Below are positions 28,380 through 38,075 of a stretch of 64,000 bases of DNA, piece after piece (position 1 is the first letter of the stretch; each line of letters opens with the position of its first letter). The DNA is taken from IMG/VR virus record IMGVR_UViG_3300048938_000061. One strand, given 5' to 3'. Position numbers and translations under genes: made by a program. Source of the stretch: a virus (lineage: Duplodnaviria; Heunggongvirae; Uroviricota; Caudoviricetes). A model generated the notes under the pieces. The model worked only from the letters and a program-made list of their open reading frames with translations. It did no database searches and was not told where the DNA came from.

Positions 28380-30632
28380 ATGGCAATTACACCGAGACTG
28401 CTGTTCCTCAGAAACAAATGGAACGCGCGATTGATCGAAAGGCAGGCTACAGATAGCTCGCATCCACAGGACGCCAATCCGATGGACTTTCTGATTGATG
28501 TCGACCCAACGAAGAAGCGCGAGTACACCGACTGGCTATGCCGAACATACGTCTCGGGCAATTTTCGCTACGAAGACCGCGAACGCGTAAAGTTTACACT
28601 CGAACTTTTCAATCTGCACAAACACCGCCTCCCTGTCGAACAGCGCGACATCGGACGCATGAGAACCGAGCAGGATGTATGGCATATCGTCGAAAATTAT
28701 TTACCGAAGGATGACGAAGAAGAACCAACGCCTGCTGGACGAGAGAAAAGACGCCAGGAACGTGCAAAGGCTTTGGCTGAAAGCGAGATTGATGATAGCG
28801 AATTGAGCGGTGATTGGATTATCGCATCCCCCAACACTCATTTCGCAAGCCAATGGTGGGGAAGAGGTACGCGCTGGTGTACGGCTATGAAAACACCTGA
28901 GAATTTCGATGCCTATATGGTATCTAGTCCTCTTCGCATTTTTATATCTCCTGATGGCAGCAAATTACAGGCTCATATAGCCTCTATGACAATCTGCGAC
29001 GAAGAGGATATTCCGCTTGATTTTAAGACTGTTGCGAAACAATTACCTGTTGCAGCAATCGAGCTTCTTAGATGCGATTTAATCCAATGTATCCATAAAG
29101 CCGATCCGGCTGTACTTGATTATCCTGACAGGACTCCAAAAGAGCTATTGGACGATAATACAACAAAGGCACTCATAAAGAAGCTGGAGGAGTTTTCTTT
29201 AATTAAGGTGAATTCGACCAATGGTGCATGGTCATTGAGAATACTCGAAAATAAATATTCAGAATGGCTAAGGCATTTGCATAAAGACGCAAGTATCCCA
29301 AAACAAATAGGATACGCTCGACAGGAAGGATCTGTCGTATATCTGTCTGAAAATAATAAGGTGACAAATGCATTCCCTTTTCACAGCAGAAAAATGGACA
29401 AGGACAACACAGACAAGACTCTGAATGCAATTGTGAAAACTAATGATAAAGCATTTATCAAAGAATGCGCTGATGAACTTATGGATGCTTGGCGAGTTAA
29501 AATGTTAGGCTCGAATATAGTTAATCAATTCATGGCCGCTATTCCTGACGATTGTAAAACTGACAATTTTTGGAAAGCATACACAGAAGGATTCGCTGCC
29601 TATACAAGAAATAAGGATTTCATTTCGCCACCTGAGCAATATCTGAATGAAAATAACATTAGAAACATCGCGCTGTTTAATCTTCCGAGAGTTCCACTTC
29701 ATAAGATCACAAAGGAAATTTTGAAAGAAGGACTATACAGCTCAGGATCAGATGGAAAGATATTTGCCAAAAACAACGATTTATTCAGACTCATAAATGA
29801 AGAAGAAATCATTGAATTTGCGACGTCTGGTAAAGGTGCAGATGTTGAGTTTCTTCCCGAAAAACACATAACACCAAAATTAGCTAAATATTATGTTGAG
29901 GCCAGACCAGCGCACATTGGACACCTTGATCTTGCTACCGATTTTAACTCAACGGGCCGCAGTGCGATAACAGAAGAGTTGTGTTTCAGGGCTATTGAAC
30001 TCTCGCAGGCAGCGATAAGTTCAATTCCTAGGAGAATGCTGACGCCAGAAATGTGTATTTACGCAATTGAACATCACAGATTTGCTATTAATGATATACC
30101 GAAAAACATGAGAACAGTTGAGATGTATGTTGAAAGCATTCGGCGCGAGCCAGACACTATTTCACATGTTCATACTGATAAAGTTTTGATCCCCTATGAA
30201 ACCTTTTTGTCTGCTGTTTCAAGCAACTCCAGCCATCTTGGAATTGTTCCATTACCATATAGAACGACAGAGATGTGTACCGCCGCCATCAACAGCATAA
30301 CCAAAAATGATGTCGACGATTTATCGCCACACATCGCCGAAAAGAACCGAATTGGTAAAATGGAAGAAATTTTAAAACACGTGCCGCCGAAAGTTGCACA
30401 TCAAATACCAGCATTCAAAGAAATAATGGAATTACGCTCCAATAATACGAATTTTATAGCACGAGGATATGCCAATGACATCCACATAATGAATTTTGAA
30501 CCTTATGATCAAATTCCAGAAGCCTTACCAATATTATTCAAGGATTCAAAATCAAAAGAGTATCAGAGTTTACCAATGAATGTTATGGAAATTATGGAAG
30601 AATTTGAAGAAAAGATTTGCCCGAAACTATAG
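28380..30632 (+). CDS. large hypothetical protein (750 aa), paralogue B
   Basis: 'WWGRGTRWCTAMKTP' and flanking blocks match paralogue A. The C-terminal half is AT-rich, with 'EMC.AAI' repeats. Confidence 0.7.
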   Translation: MAITPRLLFLRNKWNARLIERQATDSSHPQDANPMDFLIDVDPTKKREYTDWLCRTYVSGNFRYEDRERVKFTLELFNLHKHRLPVEQRDIGRMRTEQDVWHIVENYLPKDDEEEPTPAGREKRRQERAKALAESEIDDSELSGDWIIASPNTHFASQWWGRGTRWCTAMKTPENFDAYMVSSPLRIFISPDGSKLQAHIASMTICDEEDIPLDFKTVAKQLPVAAIELLRCDLIQCIHKADPAVLDYPDRTPKELLDDNTTKALIKKLEEFSLIKVNSTNGAWSLRILENKYSEWLRHLHKDASIPKQIGYARQEGSVVYLSENNKVTNAFPFHSRKMDKDNTDKTLNAIVKTNDKAFIKECADELMDAWRVKMLGSNIVNQFMAAIPDDCKTDNFWKAYTEGFAAYTRNKDFISPPEQYLNENNIRNIALFNLPRVPLHKITKEILKEGLYSSGSDGKIFAKNNDLFRLINEEEIIEFATSGKGADVEFLPEKHITPKLAKYYVEARPAHIGHLDLATDFNSTGRSAITEELCFRAIELSQAAISSIPRRMLTPEMCIYAIEHHRFAINDIPKNMRTVEMYVESIRREPDTISHVHTDKVLIPYETFLSAVSSNSSHLGIVPLPYRTTEMCTAAINSITKNDVDDLSPHIAEKNRIGKMEEILKHVPPKVAHQIPAFKEIMELRSNNTNFIARGYANDIHIMNFEPYDQIPEALPILFKDSKSKEYQSLPMNVMEIMEEFEEKICPKL

Positions 30633-30933
30633 GGAATGCACTGGTAGTGGTAAGCTGTTACCGGATAGTTGTCTTAAGCAAAATATTGATCGACGATCAT
30701 ATTAAAACATTATGGAGATTAAAATATGAGCGAAGAAACCATCTCTCTCTCGCCACATAACTCCTGACGCCAGATTACGGCTATGAAGGCGACAGCATAG
30801 TAACCGTTCGACGTCCTGAAGCCACACCATCATCGCCAGGCCTGTGAAACTTGAAAAGTGACGTATATGAAAAGGCGGCTGTTGAGCCGCCTTCATTGTT
30901 TTAAATCACTCAATGAAGAGCTTTACCAGGCCG

Positions 30934-31155
30934 TTATCGAGCGCCCTCTATCACAGGCGTATGCGCTTTCGCACGGTACCGTAGAGAAGTAGTGTACGAG
31001 GTTCCAACAAATGTATGGGCTTTCACATAATGATTATAAAGGGTGTCGGTGTCCGATGAAGTGACCTTTTGGAAACCATAATCCCAAGCGAACATAGCGC
31101 AGACGAACAGTGTCAGGAAAACAATAATCGTGGATGATTGTCTAGTTTGATCCAT
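30934..31155 (-). CDS. small membrane protein (73 aa), translationally coupled
   Basis: The ATG overlaps the upstream stop (TGATG at 31153..31157). TM helix 'STIIVFLTLFVCAMFAW'. Confidence 0.45.
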   Translation of the reverse strand: MDQTRQSSTIIVFLTLFVCAMFAWDYGFQKVTSSDTDTLYNHYVKAHTFVGTSYTTSLRYRAKAHTPVIEGAR

Positions 31156-32585
31156 CAGAAGCCACCGCCAGTTGATGAATCTCCACCGCCAAATCCGCCT
31201 CCAGAGGACCACGATGATGAACCTCCAAAGCCACCGCTGTCGGACGAAGATGACGATCCCCAAGAAGATGAGCCACTTGAGCTATCCCAAGAACTAGAGC
31301 TGGTCGATGAACTGCGAACTCGTGGAGAATAGTAATCCTCTGTCTGTCGATGGGAGCGTTGTACCGCATCCCAGAACACGGAAGCTGTGATCACACCGGT
31401 TGCAAGATTCTCAATCGTCCGATCATCGAGCTTGTCGCTGAATCGGTCAGAAGAACCACTCCAACCACGACGACGAAGCATACTTTCGGCATCATCCAAC
31501 TCCTTCATACGTTTTTCAAACTCAAGTTTACCAGGCTGGAGATGCAGGATCTGCACACTAATATTCTTGTGATTAGCCTCCAGAGCGCTGATCTGTGCAA
31601 CGATCTGATCGTCCTCTTTACCCTCAGTCTTTCGTGCCAAAGCGTAAAGATCGCTGATGCCGAGCTTCGCCATCTGTTCAGCATAGGTCTTTGTAATCCG
31701 GAACAGATCATCATCGGTCGCAAGGGCCGCTTCAGAAATGTATTCAGACGCTTGTCGGACGTCACCACGAAGCACCGAAATTTCGTTGTCGATCTGCTTT
31801 AGTGATTTGTTTGATGCATCGACCTTTTCCTTAAGCGCAAAAACGTGTTCGTGGGTCTTTTGATAGATTGCCTCCAATGAAGACACATCAGACTTGTGAT
31901 CTTCATTAACTTTATGAATACGTTCATTGAACCATTCAGGAATAGCATGCAAAATATCGTAATCACCTTTCTTGCGCTTGAATGAGATCAAGTTCGCAAG
32001 CCAGCCATCGATACGTGCAGTCAAACCAAAACTATTATATTCGGATTCTCCATAATTTCGCTTGATCAGGTACGAAAAGAACGGGTCCTCTTCATACGCA
32101 ACACGCTTTTCAGAAAGCTCTGATTGTGCGCGTTCCATCTTGCGGACGAGGCTTCCAATAACCTCATTAACGCTGGCCAGATGGCTTCGCAAACGAATAG
32201 CTTCTGGATCTTCTTCGTAACGAAGATTGGCTGCCTTATTGGCCTTATCGTAAACTTCGAAAGCTGCATTCGTATCGCGGGCAACACCCTCTCTCTGATC
32301 GCGAAGATCATTGATCTTTTGTTCAGCCGCTTTAATTTTGGCCTTGGAATCGTTGATGCGCTGATCACGAGAACGCAACATGTTTTCGATGTTTTTAGGC
32401 AGAGCGACGTCCTGCTTCAAATGCATTGAAGCCAATTGCTGGAGAAGTCGTGCCTGCTCCTGAACGACGCCGCTCAGTTCACGTTCAAGACCAGCGATCT
32501 GACTCGTTACAATGCGAGCCTGTCTCTGAACTTCATCACGCTTGCTAGCAAGTTTATGAGAAATTTCTCTTCCTGTTGTAGCCAT
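31155..32585 (-). CDS. coiled-coil protein with Ser/Gly-rich C-terminal tail (476 aa)
   Basis: Extensive heptad-like charged sequence. The tail is 'SSSTSSSSWDSSSGSSSWGSSSSSDSGGFGGSSSWSSGGGFGGGDSSTGGGF'. Confidence 0.7.
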   Translation of the reverse strand: MATTGREISHKLASKRDEVQRQARIVTSQIAGLERELSGVVQEQARLLQQLASMHLKQDVALPKNIENMLRSRDQRINDSKAKIKAAEQKINDLRDQREGVARDTNAAFEVYDKANKAANLRYEEDPEAIRLRSHLASVNEVIGSLVRKMERAQSELSEKRVAYEEDPFFSYLIKRNYGESEYNSFGLTARIDGWLANLISFKRKKGDYDILHAIPEWFNERIHKVNEDHKSDVSSLEAIYQKTHEHVFALKEKVDASNKSLKQIDNEISVLRGDVRQASEYISEAALATDDDLFRITKTYAEQMAKLGISDLYALARKTEGKEDDQIVAQISALEANHKNISVQILHLQPGKLEFEKRMKELDDAESMLRRRGWSGSSDRFSDKLDDRTIENLATGVITASVFWDAVQRSHRQTEDYYSPRVRSSSTSSSSWDSSSGSSSWGSSSSSDSGGFGGSSSWSSGGGFGGGDSSTGGGF

Positions 32586-32600
32586 CTGAATATCCCTTCC

Positions 32601-33791
32601 TTACCAGCCCGTGATCATCTGATTTTTTTGCTGTGGAATTGACCACTTGAATTCCAGAGTTCCGGCAGGCTTCTCGCCGACTTCAAAATCATCGATGACA
32701 CCATCAGATTGCTTGTCTTGACCAACTTTGTTGTAAGTCTTTTCAGGAACACGGATGCCCCAATGAGTCACGGTCTCGGTATTGCCTGTTTCAAAGCTCT
32801 TTATTGGAAAAGACACCGCAACGCCGTTTACGTCCAACGCCTCGACAATCAAATAATATACTTTGGTCCGATTATTATCCGGCGTGCGCCAGACACCTGA
32901 ACGAACTCCTGCACGATCAACAATACGAAGCATCAAAGGTGTTTGGATGCGATTTACCTGTTCATCCAGGTTTCGTTTGGCTGCAGAAAATGCAACCTCG
33001 TCACCCTTCTTAGCGGCGATTTCAATCCGATAAAAATAGGGTTCCAACGAACGTTTAGCGCCATCATCCATAGGCTTTGCTGACACTTCGTTTTTCAACG
33101 TTTCAAGTTCAGACTGCAAAATTGCAATTGCAGCTTTAGCCTTAAGTGAAGATGCCATTTCATTCAGAGTGACAATATTCTTGCGCGCATCATCGACACG
33201 TTTGGCATCAATAAACTGTTGAGTAGCATCACGAAGATTATCAGAATGGGCCTTGGCAACATCGTCATTATATTCTTCGGCAGCTGAAATGGCCGCCGTA
33301 TGAGCGCTCTTCAATGCTTGGGGAAGACGAGTTTCGACATCAAGTTTCAATTCAGCTGCAATGCGATCTTGTTCTGCTTTCGCCGCGATTTCAGCCCGTT
33401 CACGAGGCTTTACCACGAACTCGCTATGAATAAATAAGGCCGATCCATAAATAAATGCTACCGATGCGACCGCAGCTGCAGATCGTGCTGCAATTTTCCC
33501 GCGATTAATCCACATCCGCGCAAGTAGACGAGAAAATCCAGGTGCAAGCGGCTCATGAACATAGCGATTTTTGTCCATATCTTCGACAGCACGATTAATA
33601 ATTTCGTCAGAAACAAGCATTCCTTGCGATTCATACCACTGTCGAAGTTTAGCCTTGAGTGCCGAACGACGATCATCGGAAAGAATTTCCGTTTCCTGAA
33701 TGGCCATTTCATGACGAATTGTATCGACAGTATCTGCCGCCATTAAAACGTCTTCCATCGAAGGCGTATTTTTCACTGCAATAGCTGACAT
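32601..33791 (-). CDS. coiled-coil protein with single TM segment (396 aa)
   Basis: 'AAAVASVAFIYGSALFI' hydrophobic segment followed by an Ala/Lys/Glu-rich helical region. Confidence 0.65.
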   Translation of the reverse strand: MSAIAVKNTPSMEDVLMAADTVDTIRHEMAIQETEILSDDRRSALKAKLRQWYESQGMLVSDEIINRAVEDMDKNRYVHEPLAPGFSRLLARMWINRGKIAARSAAAVASVAFIYGSALFIHSEFVVKPRERAEIAAKAEQDRIAAELKLDVETRLPQALKSAHTAAISAAEEYNDDVAKAHSDNLRDATQQFIDAKRVDDARKNIVTLNEMASSLKAKAAIAILQSELETLKNEVSAKPMDDGAKRSLEPYFYRIEIAAKKGDEVAFSAAKRNLDEQVNRIQTPLMLRIVDRAGVRSGVWRTPDNNRTKVYYLIVEALDVNGVAVSFPIKSFETGNTETVTHWGIRVPEKTYNKVGQDKQSDGVIDDFEVGEKPAGTLEFKWSIPQQKNQMITGW

Positions 33792-33857
33792 TAAGCTTTA
33801 ATTCCTTATTAAAACAAATAGCATGAGGCCAGAACCATTCCAGCCTCATGCGGAGAA

Positions 33858-35042
33858 TTAAACGTTTACAGTCACGGTCTGAGCCTTGCCATTGGAGACA
33901 AGGTCAGCAATCCGGCGCTTGCCATCTTCGACGTAATCACGAATTTCCTTCGCGTTCTGTTCAGATTCCCTACGCATATCAGAAATAATCTTGGTGCTGT
34001 TTTCTTGGAACTCGACAACAGAATCGACCAGCTTCTTTACCGACTGGGCGCGAATGCTCGGGCCATAGCCCTTACGGAGCGCATTTTCGGTAATCTTCGT
34101 GCCAACGTCAGCGATACTTTCAAGGCTTTTGGAAATTCCGTCATGCATCGCATCGAGCGCCTGCGTTGCTTCGTGAAGCCCCATAAGCCCCGTATAAGTC
34201 GCCTTGAGCGCCGTGAGAACTGAACTATTCGTACTCATAAATGCAACAGACTGCTTGAAAAGGCGATCTTTCGCCATATGCGATTCAGCAAGCTTCGCCA
34301 TAGTCACTTCGGTTACAGAATAAGAAACCTGCAGATTATTGGCGAGGTCGGTCGCAATCTGCCAGCGATCTTCGACGGCCTTTGCGGCGCGCTGGGCTTC
34401 ATCGCGCTCAAGTTCGAGACGGCTCTTTTCCTGCGGAGATGCGTCAGATGCCTGCTGCACCAGCACCATTGCATCCGCTACCTTCGTCTGTGCGGCCTTG
34501 AGGTCCTCATCGAGGATCGCCTTGACTTCGTATGCGATGATTTCAGCTTCCTTGATAGAACTGCGGAAATCAGCATAAGCTTCGAGAATAGCACTCTCTC
34601 GTTCAACCTGAACGCCAACGTCCTTGATCACTTCGTCAAAAGTCTTGCGGATAGCATCAAAACGATCAGAAATGTCGCCGCGAGTAAGCTTCATGACAAC
34701 ATTCGACACTCGGTCACCAACGGTTGGTGCAGAACGCTCAGCCTGCGATACAAGACGTTTGGAGTCATCACGAATACTGTCGAAACGCTTGACGATATCA
34801 TCGAAACGACCGCCAAAATTGATCTGTGAAATCTGGCTTGCTACCAAGCTGTCGAAATTTTGCTGGTGTGAAAGAGTACGGGCAATAACGAGAACTCGAT
34901 CTTCATCTACATCAGAAATGCGCTTTAATAGCGCAACAATTGGAGCTGTACCTGTGTCGGGCGTACCGACGCCGAGCACCTTCAAGCTATCAAGAGCTTT
35001 CTGAAGGTATTTTGGAGCCGCAGATTTAATCATATCGTTCAT
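33858..35042 (-). CDS. all-helical protein, TelA-like (toxic anion resistance family) - tentative
   Basis: About 394 aa, with coiled-coil segments throughout. The length and composition fit TelA/YaaN-type proteins. No diagnostic motif was verified. Confidence 0.35.
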   Translation of the reverse strand: MNDMIKSAAPKYLQKALDSLKVLGVGTPDTGTAPIVALLKRISDVDEDRVLVIARTLSHQQNFDSLVASQISQINFGGRFDDIVKRFDSIRDDSKRLVSQAERSAPTVGDRVSNVVMKLTRGDISDRFDAIRKTFDEVIKDVGVQVERESAILEAYADFRSSIKEAEIIAYEVKAILDEDLKAAQTKVADAMVLVQQASDASPQEKSRLELERDEAQRAAKAVEDRWQIATDLANNLQVSYSVTEVTMAKLAESHMAKDRLFKQSVAFMSTNSSVLTALKATYTGLMGLHEATQALDAMHDGISKSLESIADVGTKITENALRKGYGPSIRAQSVKKLVDSVVEFQENSTKIISDMRRESEQNAKEIRDYVEDGKRRIADLVSNGKAQTVTVNV

Positions 35043-35362
35043 TATTTCTATTTCCTTTCAAAATTCAATAGACCGCGATTCTTCAATAATATTTAAACGA
35101 TTGTCGCAATCAGTAGATGCATTTATTTTCTAATGTCAGGTAATTCGTCTGCTTATTAATGTCAATATATTTTCGGTTATTTACGAATTTTTATCCGGGA
35201 ATAATGCGGCTTTTTATTTAAGACGCCTCCACTGATATTAGAGGCTATATTTTTGAGGTGCCAACTTCAATATATATGCGATTCCATTCGCCGAATAGGT
35301 ATTTAAGTCCATTATAGTTAAATAAAAACGTTTACCCGTCCACAAAATTAATTGAAAATGAA

Positions 35363-38074
35363 TTGCAGATCATATATTGCAACATTATTGAACAGGCGGT
35401 TTCAGGCATGGCGAAAAATAACATGACACTCGGTTTCCGTAAAACCATTTTGGTGCATGGCAGAATGGCATTACGAACTGAACGACTACGGTTGGCTAGA
35501 GAGGGAGCCAGCGGTATCCAAGTCATGGCAATCGAACATTTTGCAGAGCGGCTTGCGGGCGGTTTTCTCAAAATGGTTGATAATCGTACGCTCAAACAGG
35601 TCATAGGGAAAATTCTGCCTGAAACAGATATTGGAGAACTGGAGCCAATTAAAGATTTGCCTGGGATGACAGCCGCAGCTGCCGACACCCTCATGAAACT
35701 ATGGCTTTCTCAGCCTGATTTTGAAAACAATTCTGACCACAAGCGCATTCAGTCTATCATCGCACTTGAAACCGCAGTGGTTAATGCCCTTCCCGCTCAT
35801 CTGCGGCGACCCAATGACATTATTGAGATCGCCATTACACGCGCCAAACACTCTCCATCCATCTTTGGCAACGTCTCCATAAGCGGAATGACTGAACTAC
35901 ATCCGGTATGGCGTCCTCTCATTGATGAGGTTTCCAAGTATATCTCTATCGAATGGAATGCTGGACCACGAGAAGTGTCTTCTTGGATTGAAAATGCAAT
36001 GCGAGTCAATCGTTGCGAACCAACTAATCCGGAAATTCAGTCATACATTTGCGGCACTGCACTTCATGAAGTTATCGAAGCCGTTCGTTGGTCCCGCAAA
36101 TTGATGTCAGAAGGTGTATTGCCACGAGATATTGCCATCGCAAGTGTCTCAACGACGGCTTATGATGAACATATGCTAGCAGTTTGCTCCGACAGCAAGT
36201 TAGGTATTCATTTCGCTCACGGCATTTCCTGTGTGCATAGGATTGAAGGACAGGCGGCCAGCGCGCTCGCAGATGTGTTATTGCGTGGATTATCTCAAAA
36301 GCGAGTTCAACGCCTATTTGACCTTCTGCAAGGTATTGGTTCAGAGGTTGTCAAAGGTCTGTCTGGTGATTGGAGCCGCAATTTCCGGCCGGATGCAGCC
36401 CTCACTGAACTATCGCGTTGGGAGAAAACGCTAAACAGCAAACCACAGCTCGCAGAACTTAAAAACATTATGCTCCCGATCCTTTCTCTTATTTCCAAGG
36501 GGATCGATGTTGCTCCAGAAGCTGGCGAGAAGCTATTTCACGGCCAAACCAAGAAAATTTGGGAAGCGGCTCTCCTGGAAGGGCCTGCAGCCGCCTTAGA
36601 CCGTACAATCCCCGTACAAAGAATTGATGACGGTGAAGATCCTCATTCCTCTGCATGTTTTATGTCGGCAGAGAAATTGGCGGCCTCTCCAAGGCCTTAC
36701 GTTCGCCTCATTGGACTGACTTCAAGAGATTGGCCTCGGCAATCTGTAGAAGATGCTCTCATTCCAGACTACATCATTCCTTCGGCCGCACTTGATCCGC
36801 TGCCTCGTTCCAATATTGACAGACGTGATTACAATACGATTAAGGCCACGACTGAGAAACTCCTTATTCTTTCATGGCCTCGGCGTGATGCTGAAAGCCG
36901 TCAATTAGGCGTCAGCCGTCTGGTTACACAGGCAGAACGTGATCGCGCAATATCCATACAACTCACGGACCGCCCTGAACATGCGTTCTCTGAGGCAGAT
37001 CGCATGTTTGCGCGCGACAAGGAATACGCAACAACCACACAAGCATTGTCGGCGGCACAATGTTGGTCAAATTGGCGATCCAAGGATTTGACCGCTCATG
37101 ATGGCGTCATTTCGCCTAATCACCCGCGTGTCCTGGAAGTGTTCAATCAATACCATTCGGCAACATCCATTCGCTTACTACTGCGCGATCCAATTGGCTT
37201 TGTCTGGCGTTATGCACTTGGTTTCAGTGCACCAGAATACGAGGATGCTCCACTTTTTGCCGATCCTCGCGAATTCGGAAATATCGTCCATGACATTTTG
37301 AAGCAAACCGTTGATCAGTTAATCCGTAAGGGCGGTTTCGTAAACGCATCAGCAGACGACATTTCTCGCACGATTGATGAGCAGTCAATTAATGTTGGTA
37401 TGCGGGTCGAAATGTCTAAACCGATCCCACCAAAACTGATCTGGTTTGGAATGATGGAAAGAGCCACTCAGTTCGCTAAGAAAGCACTGCTTAGTGAAAT
37501 TGAACCCTATGCTAATCAGGTTACATATGCAGAGGTTCCATTCGGCGGAAAAATAGAGCTTCAGGATGTTGAGTTCCCTTGGGATACTGAACAAGAAGTA
37601 ACCGTCCCAGGAACTGGCATCAAATTGCAAGGCATTATTGACCGTCTGGATTACTCAACGTCTTCGCCAAGAGCCCGCGTAATCGATTACAAGACTGGAA
37701 AGACGCCGAAAAACATTGACGACCTCATTATTGGTGGTGGCAACGAAATCCAACGCGCGATCTATGGCTTCGTTGTTAAGTCACTGATGGGCGGCAATGC
37801 TCAAGTTGAAACGGGACTTCTTTATCCTGAAACTGGTGTCTTTGCCATTCTGGAAGAGCCTGAAGAGGTTTTGACACAGGTTGCAAACGGTATCTTGATT
37901 GCCAAGGAATCTCTCAAACGAGGAAATGCGATTCCAGGAATTGGAACCAGAGAAACATTTAACGACATGCGTTTTGCACTGCCAGCAAACGCCGCAGCCA
38001 CATATTTGCTGCGAAAAAACCAGACGTTTCTTGATCAGATCGGGGAAGCGGCAGATATTTGGGAGTACAAATAA
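35363..38074 (+). CDS. addB: AddB-type helicase-nuclease subunit (inactive helicase, RecB-family nuclease)
   Basis: C-terminal 'RVIDYKTGKTP' (the DYKTG PD-(D/E)xK nuclease motif). No Walker A. Lies immediately upstream of addA. An alternative start is at 35408 ('MAKNN'). Confidence 0.75.
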   Translation: MQIIYCNIIEQAVSGMAKNNMTLGFRKTILVHGRMALRTERLRLAREGASGIQVMAIEHFAERLAGGFLKMVDNRTLKQVIGKILPETDIGELEPIKDLPGMTAAAADTLMKLWLSQPDFENNSDHKRIQSIIALETAVVNALPAHLRRPNDIIEIAITRAKHSPSIFGNVSISGMTELHPVWRPLIDEVSKYISIEWNAGPREVSSWIENAMRVNRCEPTNPEIQSYICGTALHEVIEAVRWSRKLMSEGVLPRDIAIASVSTTAYDEHMLAVCSDSKLGIHFAHGISCVHRIEGQAASALADVLLRGLSQKRVQRLFDLLQGIGSEVVKGLSGDWSRNFRPDAALTELSRWEKTLNSKPQLAELKNIMLPILSLISKGIDVAPEAGEKLFHGQTKKIWEAALLEGPAAALDRTIPVQRIDDGEDPHSSACFMSAEKLAASPRPYVRLIGLTSRDWPRQSVEDALIPDYIIPSAALDPLPRSNIDRRDYNTIKATTEKLLILSWPRRDAESRQLGVSRLVTQAERDRAISIQLTDRPEHAFSEADRMFARDKEYATTTQALSAAQCWSNWRSKDLTAHDGVISPNHPRVLEVFNQYHSATSIRLLLRDPIGFVWRYALGFSAPEYEDAPLFADPREFGNIVHDILKQTVDQLIRKGGFVNASADDISRTIDEQSINVGMRVEMSKPIPPKLIWFGMMERATQFAKKALLSEIEPYANQVTYAEVPFGGKIELQDVEFPWDTEQEVTVPGTGIKLQGIIDRLDYSTSSPRARVIDYKTGKTPKNIDDLIIGGGNEIQRAIYGFVVKSLMGGNAQVETGLLYPETGVFAILEEPEEVLTQVANGILIAKESLKRGNAIPGIGTRETFNDMRFALPANAAATYLLRKNQTFLDQIGEAADIWEYK

Positions 38075-38075
38075 T

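Noticed and set aside
30934-31263. Full 109-aa ORF with Trp/Arg-rich N-terminus ('WLWRFIIVVLWRRIWRWRF')
   Set aside because: That N-terminal part is the antisense of the Ser/Gly tail coding region of the upstream gene, so it is an artefact. Only the C-terminal 73 codons, starting at the stop-overlapping ATG, are plausible.
37899-38075. N-terminal 59-codon extension of AddA in the ORF track
   Set aside because: It overlaps the AddB C-terminus in another frame. The canonical ATG two nt after the addB stop gives an N-terminus ('MLNDSTARRVALLEIN') typical of UvrD-like helicases.
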